From IMG/VR virus record IMGVR_UViG_3300026549_000071, positions 10,253-74,252 of that record: a stretch of DNA of 64,000 nucleotides; one strand, 5' to 3'. A model generated the notes under the pieces. That model was given only the letters and a program-made list of their open reading frames with translations, was not told the DNA's origin and did not search any database. The position numbers were made by a program, and so were the translations under genes. Below are positions 1-9,982 of this stretch, in pieces. The stretch's first letter is position 1. The number at the start of each line of letters is the position of its first letter. Source of the DNA: a virus (Duplodnaviria; Caudoviricetes).

Positions 1-2013
1 GAAGAATTACTGGATAAACTGAATGAACTCCATGCAGATACTCTCGATGGAGCGAGAAAGATGTTCAATGATATTAATGGCCTTCGTAAATGGCTTGATA
101 CCGCTATGAGAACGACCAGTAACCTCATTGAATATGAAGCGTATCGAAAGATCTACCAAGCTTGCTTGGTTGTAAGAGATGTGCAGGAACTCTATACGAA
201 AAATGACGGTACATATGCATCAACATTCGCAGAGTTATTGAAATCTCGTCGTCAAGATCTTTATGCCGTTCTTTTGGCTACTGGAGATATTACTGCGAAA
301 GATGATGTTCTTCGGAAGCATGCATATTCCACGTTGAATAATCGCATTAATAAAGTTCTGGATGTTCTTTCCGATCTTGCAGAAGAATTGAAAGATCTTC
401 GCTATATGAATGATAAAGAAGCAATGGTCAATAATATCGAGAAACTCATCAATCAGATGAAATCTTATACCGTTGACCAAACAGCTTCTAACGTTCTCTA
501 TCTCGTCAATGATCCTCATCTTTGCTTACTTAAGATTCTGGATTTTATGGCAGGAGCAAATAAAATTACTTCTCTGGATGATAAGATTCAATCCATCTTT
601 ATGGATGTGATTGATTCCATTATGCCCCGTCGTACATGGCCAGATAAAATGACAATTCGAAATAAACTAGAATCGGATATCTGGGTTTCTACGTATGAAG
701 TGATTCGTCTAGCAAATCAGTTAACGTCTGCAAAGATGATTAGTCCAGCGATGTCAAGTATCATGCTCTATGATGCTTTCCATTCCATTGCAAAAGCTGG
801 ATTAATGCCAGATAAGATGATTAAGTTGATGGAGCAATTACGAATCTTTATTACCGTAAACTGCTTTGATACGATTGATCTGAATGATTTGATTTCTTCT
901 GTGCGATTTGAAGGAACCTATGATGCATGGGTAAACTTTACGGACAGTCATGGAGCAAGAATCCATCGTTCCAAAGAAGACTTCTTAGATGCATTGAAAG
1001 ATCAAATTGATATTTATCTTACGATGTCATGCTATGAGATTCTTCGTTTCCCGTATGATTTATGGATTCAAAAACATCGTACAGGCGTCGATGAACTAAT
1101 GCTCTATGATAGTGATCGAGAAACGAAGCATGGGTCTTACAATGGATACATTGATCTGCAAGAGGAAGTTCATTCTTTTATGAGAGTATACATTGAAGAA
1201 TATCATCGTTTCATCTTCTATCAATTACTTAAGAATATATCTGGGACGTATTCTGGATTGCTTCGGATGTACGATACGAATGCTCGAAATGTACTAGAAG
1301 ATCATCATTATCGTATGCGCTTCTATAAGAAATTCGATATCTTCCCAAGAGTGGATTGCTATGAAAATATTAAACCCATTGTGGAAGAAACACTTCGTCG
1401 GGTATATGGATCAATGCGTAGTATTCTTATGGCATATGATGCGGCTGGAGTGAGAGTAACAGAAAATCAGTATCATCATTTGAACTATGGTGAATATCAA
1501 ATTAGCCAGCATAATACATACGCTTGGGATATACTGAAATTCTTCTATGAAGATTTCTTGAAAGAAACGACTTGGAATATCCATGCAATTCTTTCCGTCT
1601 ATGATATAGCAGAAAGAAATCTAAGGGAAGATTTGTATTATCATATGGCATTACGTGAATTAAATCAAATTACTCATTTCCTCCATGGATGGGAAACAAT
1701 TGGGTTCTTCTATCAGAGAACGATGGAATATATCCAAACGAATTACCGTTCCATTCTTGGATTGCATGACACTGGGGTCAAAGTTTCTGCTACCCCATTG
1801 GAAGAATATCATTCGTTTATGCATGATATCATTGCATACACTTCTTCCTATGCAGGAAGTACAATTATGAAACGTTCAATGCATGAAGCATTGCATATGA
1901 AACCATACGAATATTTCCACATGAAACACATGTATGGAATGAAAGAACCAAAGAAAGTAAAAGAAACCAATGGATTTACCCTCCGGGATTCTCTTACGAA
2001 AGTTACGGTATAA
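1..2013 (+). CDS. C-terminal part of a large protein, probably structural (baseplate wedge-like); 5'-truncated by the window edge
   Basis: Frame is open from base 1 to TAA at 2011-2013; followed by a bidirectional terminator and a conserved-looking structural gene. Function is inferred from context only. Confidence 0.45.
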   Translation, partial: EELLDKLNELHADTLDGARKMFNDINGLRKWLDTAMRTTSNLIEYEAYRKIYQACLVVRDVQELYTKNDGTYASTFAELLKSRRQDLYAVLLATGDITAKDDVLRKHAYSTLNNRINKVLDVLSDLAEELKDLRYMNDKEAMVNNIEKLINQMKSYTVDQTASNVLYLVNDPHLCLLKILDFMAGANKITSLDDKIQSIFMDVIDSIMPRRTWPDKMTIRNKLESDIWVSTYEVIRLANQLTSAKMISPAMSSIMLYDAFHSIAKAGLMPDKMIKLMEQLRIFITVNCFDTIDLNDLISSVRFEGTYDAWVNFTDSHGARIHRSKEDFLDALKDQIDIYLTMSCYEILRFPYDLWIQKHRTGVDELMLYDSDRETKHGSYNGYIDLQEEVHSFMRVYIEEYHRFIFYQLLKNISGTYSGLLRMYDTNARNVLEDHHYRMRFYKKFDIFPRVDCYENIKPIVEETLRRVYGSMRSILMAYDAAGVRVTENQYHHLNYGEYQISQHNTYAWDILKFFYEDFLKETTWNIHAILSVYDIAERNLREDLYYHMALRELNQITHFLHGWETIGFFYQRTMEYIQTNYRSILGLHDTGVKVSATPLEEYHSFMHDIIAYTSSYAGSTIMKRSMHEALHMKPYEYFHMKHMYGMKEPKKVKETNGFTLRDSLTKVTV

Positions 2014-2017
2014 AAAA

Positions 2018-2053
2018 AAAATAACAAGCGATTTTCGGATCGCTTGTTATTTT
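2018..2053. terminator. Bidirectional intrinsic terminator
   Basis: 15-bp inverted repeat AAAATAACAAGCGAT/ATCGCTTGTTATTTT with A- and T-tracts. Confidence 0.85.
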
Positions 2054-2125
2054 CTCCCGAAAACAAAAATGTAATCTATATAGTATAAAAAGATAACTAA
2101 AATATCTATTAGGAGGAATATAGCA

Positions 2126-3049
2126 ATGAGTCAAATCATTAAGCTGAATGATCGCCTTGGACTTCAGGATCTTAAGCGTCAGTTTGCTTCGAAAATTGCA
2201 CATCGGAATCATGCTCCCACGTTCTATACGGAAATTGAAGCTCGAAATGAGTTCGGTGAGACACTTTTCACGAAGGCACATAATGAGACGGTCCTTGGTG
2301 GTGCAATTACAGTTCTTGAAAAGCTCTGGGGTATTCAATCAAAACTCAAGGTAGATTCCATCAATAACATCATGGGTATCAATGCTGATCTCACGCCGGA
2401 GATCGGTAATTCTTCTGCAAATGAGCAGGATCATGTTTGCCTGTGGGGTATTGGCATTGGTGGTTGCGGTGATACGTTCGGTTCTCGTCGTACGGTCAAC
2501 TTTTATGAGCGTGAGATTGGACAGAATGGTCATACCGATCAGATGATTCCATTCCGTGTGGTTTCGGAACCGTTCTCTCCGTCGGATGATAATTATAACA
2601 AATACTTCATGATGAATAAGCGTGCAGATGGACTGTATGAGTATTATCTGAAGGCATTTGAGATTACACCGTACATCAAAGTTCTTTGGAAAGATGGCGC
2701 TGAGGGCGAAGATGGCTCGGAAGTCGATTCTGAAGTTTATAACACGGATCGTGAAGATGCCATTGAAGCATTCGTTGAAATGCATCTGATGATTTCCAAG
2801 AGTGACGTTCAGGAATACTTTGAGAATATTGGTAAACCTGAGATGGCTCGTGTTAACACGATTGGTCTGTTCACGGGTCGCGCGATCACGATGGATGATG
2901 GACGTACGGATTACGTAAACCTGAAGCTCTTCAGTAAGCTGAATACGGAGAATGATTCTCTCGTTCTGAGTGCTTCTGGTTCGGATGGCTCTGTCGGATC
3001 TGGCAGCAGCCGTTCCATCGAATACATCTATCGTGTATTCGTTGCTTAA
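2126..3049 (+). CDS. Putative virion structural (baseplate/tail) protein, 307 aa
   Basis: AGGAGG RBS; AACA-N6-TA motif at 2062-2073; GIGIGG and YYLK segments resemble conserved jumbo-phage structural proteins. Confidence 0.5.
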   Translation: MSQIIKLNDRLGLQDLKRQFASKIAHRNHAPTFYTEIEARNEFGETLFTKAHNETVLGGAITVLEKLWGIQSKLKVDSINNIMGINADLTPEIGNSSANEQDHVCLWGIGIGGCGDTFGSRRTVNFYEREIGQNGHTDQMIPFRVVSEPFSPSDDNYNKYFMMNKRADGLYEYYLKAFEITPYIKVLWKDGAEGEDGSEVDSEVYNTDREDAIEAFVEMHLMISKSDVQEYFENIGKPEMARVNTIGLFTGRAITMDDGRTDYVNLKLFSKLNTENDSLVLSASGSDGSVGSGSSRSIEYIYRVFVA

Positions 3050-3107
3050 GAAGAAAAAAAGAGGTTGACGACTTTATTGTCGCCAACCCCTTTTTGCCCC
3101 GCATCAC

Positions 3108-3317
3108 TCAGTCGAGTTCACGGATCATCCTTTCGAGGCGCTCCTTCGCCTCCTCCAGCTCGCGCTTTTCACGACGTAAACGTTCGATCTCAGCCTCGCG
3201 ATCGAGATCGTAGATGAAGTCATCCAAGTCGTACGACGGGCGATGATAAACACGGGGTTTTTCATCACACACCGCCGCATCAAGAACGGCTCCAACGAGA
3301 CCAAACATTCCAAACAT
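3108..3317 (-). CDS. Small early protein with C-terminal coiled coil (69 aa, MFGMFG...)
   Basis: GAAAGGA RBS; TATATATTAT promoter at 3361-3370 on the minus strand; higher GC than flanks. Confidence 0.75.
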   Translation of the reverse strand: MFGMFGLVGAVLDAAVCDEKPRVYHRPSYDLDDFIYDLDREAEIERLRREKRELEEAKERLERMIRELD

Positions 3318-3438
3318 AAAGCATCTTCCTTTCATGTGTCTCTGATTCTCTTCTAAAACGATAATATATATTCTATCTAAAAATAAAATGAATTTATGGT
3401 ATATCTTAGTTTCATGCTAAGATATACCATAATATTTT

Positions 3439-3660
3439 TCAACGATAAATACTAACCAAACCACTGATTCCATTGTATCTAGAATGCAAGAAGGAATCAA
3501 TTAATTGCTCCTGCGTATTCATTGGGATCTTAAGAATCTTCATCAGTTTATGAAACTCTCCGAGATTCAACAGCAGATCATTCATTTGCCGAATGGCTGC
3601 TTCAATTTTCCCAACCTCTAAATATCGTGCAATTCGATATAATTGCAGTTCAATTACCAT
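3439..3660 (-). CDS. Hypothetical protein, 73 aa
   Basis: ORF directly downstream of the beta' gene on the same strand. Confidence 0.55.
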   Translation of the reverse strand: MVIELQLYRIARYLEVGKIEAAIRQMNDLLLNLGEFHKLMKILKIPMNTQEQLIDSFLHSRYNGISGLVSIYR

Positions 3661-3681
3661 GACTTCATCATCCCAATCGTA

Positions 3682-4995
3682 TTATTCGATGATCATACGA
3701 TCCAAATCTACACTCACAAGTTTCTGTGTTGTATCATGGAAAGATTTCATCAAAAGATTAAGAAGTCCACCACCTAAAGCAGACGAACTCATGCCCAAAT
3801 TACGTATTCCTAGGGTATAAGGCATCTCTCCTGCACAAATATTGCAAATCTCACCATTCTTAGAGGTACAGTACAGGGGTGAACGAATTAAGATAGTTTG
3901 ACCCACTAATTTATTCAAATCTGCTGCTTCTAAGCACTTTAATTTTCCATTCACGTACTGATACCGTTTCAATAGGGCATGTTTATTCTTTTCCGTTACA
4001 TACACTTGACGGTATTTCTTCGAATGGCAATCAGATCCCTTTGGACCGACATGAATCGCTTGATAACATGCAAACAGTTTCTTCGTTTCATAACCAGCAA
4101 CCGATGTACCAATGGCTTTTGGATAAGCACCATTAATGACAGAGTTTGCATAGGATGGAATCTCTTTCTTCTCCATTCCTTCCACAAAGCAATTCTTAGA
4201 AATATCAAAGCGATCTTCCACGGGATTGTACTGTGGACCGCGCGTAGCAAACATGGCACGGTAACTATTACCAAAGGCTGGTTTTGCACCGGAATCATAC
4301 ACTTGCATTCCAGGATCATGCTTCAATTCTTCCTTTGCATCTTTTAGTAGTTCATCCGTGATCTTAACGGCAGATACCACATCGCCATTATCGAGTTCTT
4401 TCTTGTACTTCTTATAGAGCTCTTCTTTCTTCTTCTTTACACTGGGAAGCATTCTTGTACTATTGGGAGTAAAGGAAGCAGATACCTGCGCATTAAAGGC
4501 GTTACCAAACCACTGGATATTATTCAGGTATTGGGAATATTCATCAACGGTAATCTTTCCCTCCAGAATGGCTTTCACCATAATATCTTCCGTCTCTTTA
4601 ATAACACCTTTCTTATACGGTTTTGCTACATAACCAAGAACCTTCTGGATATTGGGACAATTGCCATACAATGCTTTATTCAGGATCAACTGTCCTACGT
4701 TCGTATGAACTTTCTCTTTGTTAATATATTCCCCAGGTTTCAAATCGAATTCTTCTTGGAACGAAATCTTTGGAGGAACCATTTTCTTCGTTTTGATATC
4801 ATAATGATTACAAAAGGTTCCCTCAATCAAAGTATAACTAATATCATCATATTTCAAATCCAAGATGAATTTACGATCGGCTTCAGATAATGCCATAGAT
4901 CTTTCCACCTTTCTATGTGTTTTAGATATACGTCGCTTTGATAGAAAAAAGAAATCCATGGGAATAATATTCCCATGGATTTCTTTTCTAATCAC
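3682..4995 (-). CDS. rpoC: Multisubunit RNA polymerase beta' subunit, C-terminal piece (probably virion RNAP)
   Basis: Bridge-helix-like AGYETKKL, DC...RSPLYC...ICNIC zinc site and KSFHD trigger-loop region; size matches split beta' C-parts of phiKZ-like phages. Confidence 0.85.
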   Translation of the reverse strand: MIRKEIHGNIIPMDFFFLSKRRISKTHRKVERSMALSEADRKFILDLKYDDISYTLIEGTFCNHYDIKTKKMVPPKISFQEEFDLKPGEYINKEKVHTNVGQLILNKALYGNCPNIQKVLGYVAKPYKKGVIKETEDIMVKAILEGKITVDEYSQYLNNIQWFGNAFNAQVSASFTPNSTRMLPSVKKKKEELYKKYKKELDNGDVVSAVKITDELLKDAKEELKHDPGMQVYDSGAKPAFGNSYRAMFATRGPQYNPVEDRFDISKNCFVEGMEKKEIPSYANSVINGAYPKAIGTSVAGYETKKLFACYQAIHVGPKGSDCHSKKYRQVYVTEKNKHALLKRYQYVNGKLKCLEAADLNKLVGQTILIRSPLYCTSKNGEICNICAGEMPYTLGIRNLGMSSSALGGGLLNLLMKSFHDTTQKLVSVDLDRMIIE

Positions 4996-5642
4996 TCATT
5001 ATCTTCCGAAATATTTTCCTTAAAGAAGAATAATAAGCATTCTTGGCCCCTTTTTGGTTTTACAACAGAGATAGATTTCATAGTAAATGGAAGAAGTCCA
5101 GATTCGCAAGCATCAATATCTTCGAAAAGATGTTTCACTTTCCAAGTGTCTTTACTGTCGATATAGAACGTTTCCAGGCCAGGAAGAACTTGATCCCCAA
5201 AGAAACAGATCTTATGTCCTCCTTCCGTACTATTCCATTTGCAAAGTCCATATGGATTGATATTCATTTTCCGAAGGCTATGGTCTGTTGATTTTCTTTT
5301 ATGCCAAGCAATAATATGGCTAACTGCATCTTTGACATAAAAGAGCCATTGATTAACATCATACCCCTCAGAGGCTAAGTAATTCTTCAGGAATTTGTAG
5401 TCATCTTTCATATATGGGGTAAAGGTATAAAGGTCGTTATATTTCTTATAATCACCCTTTTCTTTGTAGCTTCTTCCGACCGCCATGATATTTTCATAGC
5501 AATCTTCTGTAAACGTTTTAAGCTCTTCTATAGCGTTTTCATTTTCATCGCTCAAAGTAATTCGTAACCATACATCAAATCCATCATACATGCTATCTTG
5601 TTTTCTCCATCTTGCCTCATAAGCATCTGTAAACAAACCCAT
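4992..5642 (-). CDS. Hypothetical early protein, 216 aa
   Basis: AGGAGG RBS; early promoter motif at 5699-5708. Confidence 0.8.
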   Translation of the reverse strand: MGLFTDAYEARWRKQDSMYDGFDVWLRITLSDENENAIEELKTFTEDCYENIMAVGRSYKEKGDYKKYNDLYTFTPYMKDDYKFLKNYLASEGYDVNQWLFYVKDAVSHIIAWHKRKSTDHSLRKMNINPYGLCKWNSTEGGHKICFFGDQVLPGLETFYIDSKDTWKVKHLFEDIDACESGLLPFTMKSISVVKPKRGQECLLFFFKENISEDNE

Positions 5643-6695
5643 TATAATATTCCTCCTTTTAAGTTAACGACATGGGTTATTACAACTTATCTAAGGCAAT
5701 AATATATATTCTAAAACAATTTTCAATTTTTGTGTTAAAAATAAAAAGCCGTATACAAGTTACTAAACCCCCCATAAACAAAATTTTAAAAGGTAATTCA
5801 TATAAATCCATTTTATATAAAAATGGTGTTGTAATTATTTTTTAATGCTTTTCCTAGGGGGGTTTTCGTAGCTTTAACTATTCAAAAAAACACGGGTGTT
5901 TTTTTGAATTATTAATAGCTTCGAACTCATATAACTACGAAATACTATTACTCATTGCTTATACTAACTACTTTTACTACGAATATTATTACCCAATACT
6001 TCTACGAAATTATACCATATAACATTCATAAAATGAATATAATATCTGTGATATGTTTATATAAACCTTGGTAAAAATACTATCAACTATAAAGAGTTGA
6101 TAGTATCTATTTTATCTGTATAAATCACTGACGAGTGATTAAGATTGATGGGAATATATGGGTATGATAATCAGTATAGTTACATATATTTTCATATTTG
6201 CAAGAATACATATGGGTTTTGTTTTCACATAGTGAAAACAAAACCCATGTAGACTGATTAGGAGTGTAACAGTATCCGAGAGTAATATAGTATCTATAGG
6301 GAGTATAATTAGTATGATAGGGATACATACGGGTATTAGGGTAATACTAAGTATTACCCTAATACCCGTATGTATAGTATAGAACTGTTTTATATCAATC
6401 TTTACTATAGAGATGTATATTAGCGTAACACATGTATTACCCTGGATTATATATTCTGTACGGTAGAGTATATAATTAATTTTTTTCTGTAACGAAAAGT
6501 AGTATTTACCCTCTAAGTTTTACAAATGATAAACTTCACTCTGAATTTCCCTAGGGGAGAAATCGAGCTAAGTTTAACAAATGTAAAACTTAGGGGTAGA
6601 AAAGATGATATGAGTGATTGAAATGTATCACTCATATCATCTTTTTTGTTACCGTATATGGATTTTATATCTATATAGGAGAAATCATAGTTATC
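5643..6695. other. ~1 kb non-coding, palindrome-rich region; candidate replication origin
   Basis: Perfect inverted repeats at 5881-5908, 6078-6105, 6212-6248 and 6323-6375 (26-bp arms); three CTACGAA direct repeats; C-rich to G-rich switch. Confidence 0.55.
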
Positions 6696-7925
6696 TTACG
6701 GTGCAACTGTCGTCGTTTCCTCTTTTGTGGGATCAACATACTTCTCGAATTCTTTCGAGTCCATATTAAATACCCATGAGGAATTGAGTTTCTTTTCGCC
6801 CTGATTCTTCTTCAGCGTATAGATGTAATCCGGGTCAAGTTTAACCGTGGAAACATCCGGGAGTTGACCATTGCGAATCATAACAACCTTACCGATCTTC
6901 GTGAATTTACCACTGGAAAATTTCGTGACGAAGTTCTGTACGTCATAATACGTTCCATCGACAGCAAGTTTCGTATACGGAAGACGTTGTGTCACCGTAA
7001 TCGGACGTTTCTCTTCTGTGAACGAACCATCCTTATACGTCCAAGCAGAACCTTTCTTACGAGTCTCGGTATCCGAGACTTTTTCATCTGCCGTAAGAAC
7101 ATAGAGTGTCGTTTCCGAGATATTGGATTTCTTCTTATCGTCCGTAGGAATTTCCGGCAGAGAAGAAACCTTCTTCACAGAGAGATCAAGGAGCGTGAAC
7201 GTGTTCGTTGCAGCCGTAAAGGTATAAAGACCCGGATCGAAATGAATGACCTTCGGGTTTCCATTTCCTTCTCCTTCCGTGAAACGGAGAGATGCATCCG
7301 GCTCTTCTTGAGGACGTGTGAGCTGATAGATGACACCTTCCTTACCTTTGACTTCCGCAGAAGGAAGTTTATCCTCAAAGGCAACTTTGATTTCATCCAG
7401 AGCATCTTCTGCATCATTGAGAAGATAGAATTTATCGCTGAGACGATAAACCGTATTCTTCTTCGCAGAGGTTTCATCCGGGAGAGAATCCACGAACTGA
7501 ATTCCCTTATAGGATTTTGCTGTACTCTCAATTCCATGCAGAGCAGCTTCCTCAATGATGCCACGAACCATCGGAGCACTCAGACGAAGCTCATATTTCA
7601 CCGCAGCCGTATCAGTATCAAGCGTCTTGAACGTAACACTGGCATACTTTCCAAGCTGATCAAGAGAAACATCAACGATGATGAGACTCCCATCGGCAGA
7701 CTCCACGAAGTAACCAAGATCCGAGCTCAGTTTTGCATTATAGTATTTATTATGAAGCTCCTTTTGTGCCAGAAGGAATGCATATCCCTTAAAGTAGTTC
7801 AGAAGCTTCACAAAAGAATCTTTCGGAAGTGTGACAGCTCCGCTTGCCGGAACGATAATTTTCACCGTATCGTCAAAGGAAACATATGCGTCAACACCAG
7901 AAGCATTAATTTTCGTAAATGCCAT
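6696..7925 (-). CDS. 409-aa protein with about five 'LP..(n)..T/I-x-Y-x-L' repeats, possibly virion-associated
   Basis: AGGAGG RBS; internal repeats VDSLP..TVYRL, EDKLP..VIYQL, VSSLP..TLYVL, TQRLP..TYY, NGQLP..YIYTL. Confidence 0.75.
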   Translation of the reverse strand: MAFTKINASGVDAYVSFDDTVKIIVPASGAVTLPKDSFVKLLNYFKGYAFLLAQKELHNKYYNAKLSSDLGYFVESADGSLIIVDVSLDQLGKYASVTFKTLDTDTAAVKYELRLSAPMVRGIIEEAALHGIESTAKSYKGIQFVDSLPDETSAKKNTVYRLSDKFYLLNDAEDALDEIKVAFEDKLPSAEVKGKEGVIYQLTRPQEEPDASLRFTEGEGNGNPKVIHFDPGLYTFTAATNTFTLLDLSVKKVSSLPEIPTDDKKKSNISETTLYVLTADEKVSDTETRKKGSAWTYKDGSFTEEKRPITVTQRLPYTKLAVDGTYYDVQNFVTKFSSGKFTKIGKVVMIRNGQLPDVSTVKLDPDYIYTLKKNQGEKKLNSSWVFNMDSKEFEKYVDPTKEETTTVAP

Positions 7926-7939
7926 TGTCGTGATCCTCC

Positions 7940-8110
7940 TTAGTTTTGCATTTGCTCTTCCAGATACTTCTGGAGATCTTTATCCTTGGTATTCTTTGCC
8001 AGATCTTTGATATCCGCCTCTTGAACCGTCGGATCCTGAATCGGCATTGAACCAAAAGTTCCAATTTCCGTCGTAAAGGAAAGAGTCGTTTGATTTTTCT
8101 TTTGTTCCAT
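7940..8110 (-). CDS. Small hypothetical protein, 56 aa (MEQRKNQTTLSF...), not in the ORF track
   Basis: AGAAAGGTGG RBS; fills the gap between two minus-strand genes. Confidence 0.7.
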   Translation of the reverse strand: MEQKKNQTTLSFTTEIGTFGSMPIQDPTVQEADIKDLAKNTKDKDLQKYLEEQMQN

Positions 8111-8140
8111 AATGAAATACCACCTTTCTTTATGGGACGC

Positions 8141-8950
8141 TTATTCCGTTGTCTTTTTCACCAAGTAGCCATCAGTGACTAGATCCGTCTTCAATCCCAT
8201 GCCAATAATATAGATATCCAGCATATTGAGTGTCGACTTATTCTCCACCTTATCTGGAAGATCTGCCATAGAAACATATCCATTCTGACGAATGCTACGA
8301 TATGCTTCCTCTTTTGCTACTGGGTCATCTGCACGGAATGACATGAATTCTTTCGCAGCAGCTTTTGCTCCATAGACCATAATGCAATAGTTCTCATCAA
8401 TGGATTGATAAGCATTCTTATCACCATTGATAACCTGATTCGTTTTTGCATCACGCATATTAATATGGATAGAAGTAGAATTCTTCTTGACCGCTGTCTG
8501 TTGAACTCGTTTCTCCATGATATAACCAACAGGGACTTTATACGGGGTTACCATTGGTTTTGATTTATCTCGGCTGAAATACGGTTGAGCTACGTATTCA
8601 TAGAGAGGAACGTTCATAAACTTCGCACATTTTTCAATGTCCGGAAGTTTTGGTTCGTTATGAAAGAGCTCAATATTCAAACAGAGATAAGCCTTTGGAT
8701 CAGCAAAGAATCCTTTGAAAAAAGCGTCGAATTCTTTATCTGACATCTTAGAGAAAAATCCTTTGTAGAAGTTGGTATTGGTTTTACTCGGATCCAAACG
8801 ATCAAATACATCATAGATGTATTTCTCCATTTTTAGCCGAGTTGCATGTTTTAAAGCCAATGCATCTTCAACTCCTTTCATTTTTACGTATCTGTCAAAT
8901 TGGAAAAAAAAAGAAGGGCGCTGTAAACGTCCTTCAAAAGCAATGTGCAT
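8141..8950 (-). CDS. rpoB: RNA polymerase beta subunit, C-terminal piece (true start probably near 8860-8881)
   Basis: VPVGYIMEKRVQQ...DENY..MVYGA...KEFMSFRADD...AY.SI matches the beta C-terminal I.VG..Y..KL.H / GEME..AL.A.GA / SDD motifs. Confidence 0.8.
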   Translation of the reverse strand: MHIAFEGRLQRPSFFFQFDRYVKMKGVEDALALKHATRLKMEKYIYDVFDRLDPSKTNTNFYKGFFSKMSDKEFDAFFKGFFADPKAYLCLNIELFHNEPKLPDIEKCAKFMNVPLYEYVAQPYFSRDKSKPMVTPYKVPVGYIMEKRVQQTAVKKNSTSIHINMRDAKTNQVINGDKNAYQSIDENYCIMVYGAKAAAKEFMSFRADDPVAKEEAYRSIRQNGYVSMADLPDKVENKSTLNMLDIYIIGMGLKTDLVTDGYLVKKTTE

Positions 8951-8961
8951 CTACCGTTCGA

Positions 8962-9483
8962 TTAGAACTGGCAGATGTTCGGAACCTTCTTGTACTTCTT
9001 ATCGAAAAGATCTTTGTACAGAAGATTGATGAAGCGCAAGATGGAATCCGTGAACGGTCCATATGGCTTCAGGATGTCGAACTTCTCGTAGAGCGTGAGA
9101 AGCTCTTTCGCGCCAAACACGTATTTCACGTTCAGGCATGTAACTGCGAACGACGTGACGAGCATCTTCACGAACTTCTCGGAAGAATCTTCCGAGATGT
9201 ACATGTTGAACACGTCATCGTTCCGAACTTTGATGCCGTCCAGCGTTGCGCGGAAGATTACGCGCTGGATCTTCGACATCTTCTCGAGGAGCGCATGCGC
9301 ACGTTCCGGTTCGAACGCTGCGTAGAGCAACCGTCCTTCTGCCGTATTTTTGCAGGACTCGATGAAGTCATTCGACCTGATCAATTCTGCATCAGAAGGA
9401 AGAAGATGACGGCAGTTGAACATGCGGCGAAGATTTTTTGTGATCTCTTCATCCGGCATGTAGTTGATTTTATGGATACCCAT
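8962..9483 (-). CDS. Hypothetical early protein, 173 aa
   Basis: AAAGGAG RBS; early promoter motif at 9574-9583; C-ending codon bias. Confidence 0.8.
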   Translation of the reverse strand: MGIHKINYMPDEEITKNLRRMFNCRHLLPSDAELIRSNDFIESCKNTAEGRLLYAAFEPERAHALLEKMSKIQRVIFRATLDGIKVRNDDVFNMYISEDSSEKFVKMLVTSFAVTCLNVKYVFGAKELLTLYEKFDILKPYGPFTDSILRFINLLYKDLFDKKYKKVPNICQF

Positions 9484-9621
9484 AAATAATCAACTCCTTT
9501 CATATAAATTAAAATGCTGAGATTTATATGAACACCAAGTATCCCGCCAATACTTGATGGAATTGCCAAGTATATAATATATATTTATATATTCCCATGA
9601 CTGATTTTAATTCTATTACTA

Positions 9622-9927
9622 AGATAACAAAAAAGAAAGGAACCGTAACTAGAATGATTCCTTTCTTTGGTCTTTAGATAAGATTAGTTCTTATCTTGAC
9701 CTTCAAGCTCACGGAGCCTAAGTTGCAGCGTCTTTTCGACGGATACCTTATAGGCTTCTTTGAGCTGGGCAGTTCTGTCAAACCGCCCTTCGATGGCATC
9801 CGGTTTGTGCCACCAATAGAGAAGATCTCTAGGCATGAGGATCATCTCCTTTCTGCTCCTAGTTCGGGAGCTATGGATGAAGCATTTCTAGTATGCTTCA
9901 TCCATTCTATTGTATTTATAATATATA
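9622..9927 (-). repeat. ACTAG-loop cassette, copy A
   Basis: Promoter 9918-9927, hairpin 9873-9905 (loop ACTAGAA), hairpin 9855-9871 (loop CGAACTA), terminator ~9628-9670 with TTCTAGT loop; same layout at 19973 and 22607. Confidence 0.9.
9684..9836 (-). CDS. 50-aa cassette protein A (MPRDLLYWWHKPDAIEGRFDRTAQLKEAYKVSVEKTLQLRLRELEGQDKN), not in the ORF track
   Basis: AGAAAGGAG RBS, own promoter and terminator; paralog of 20065-20217. Confidence 0.85.
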   Translation of the reverse strand: MPRDLLYWWHKPDAIEGRFDRTAQLKEAYKVSVEKTLQLRLRELEGQDKN

Positions 9928-9946
9928 CTTGAAATTTTGTAATAAA

Positions 9947-9982
9947 AAAAAGAAGGACTTGGAAATTTCCAAGTCCTTCTTT
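9947..9982. terminator. Bidirectional intrinsic terminator
   Basis: AAAAGAAGGACTTGGAAA/TTTCCAAGTCCTTCTTTT palindrome. Confidence 0.85.

Noticed and set aside
5930-6010. CTACGAA direct repeats as a mini-CRISPR array
   Set aside because: Repeats are only 7-9 nt with irregular spacing, and there are no cas genes; no CRISPR array was seen anywhere in the window.
6864-7943. Long antisense ORFs (also 8842-9489, 38960-40027, 45762-46787, 52957-53718, 61011-61721)
   Set aside because: Shadows of real opposite-strand genes with biased codon use; no RBS, promoter or protein motifs.
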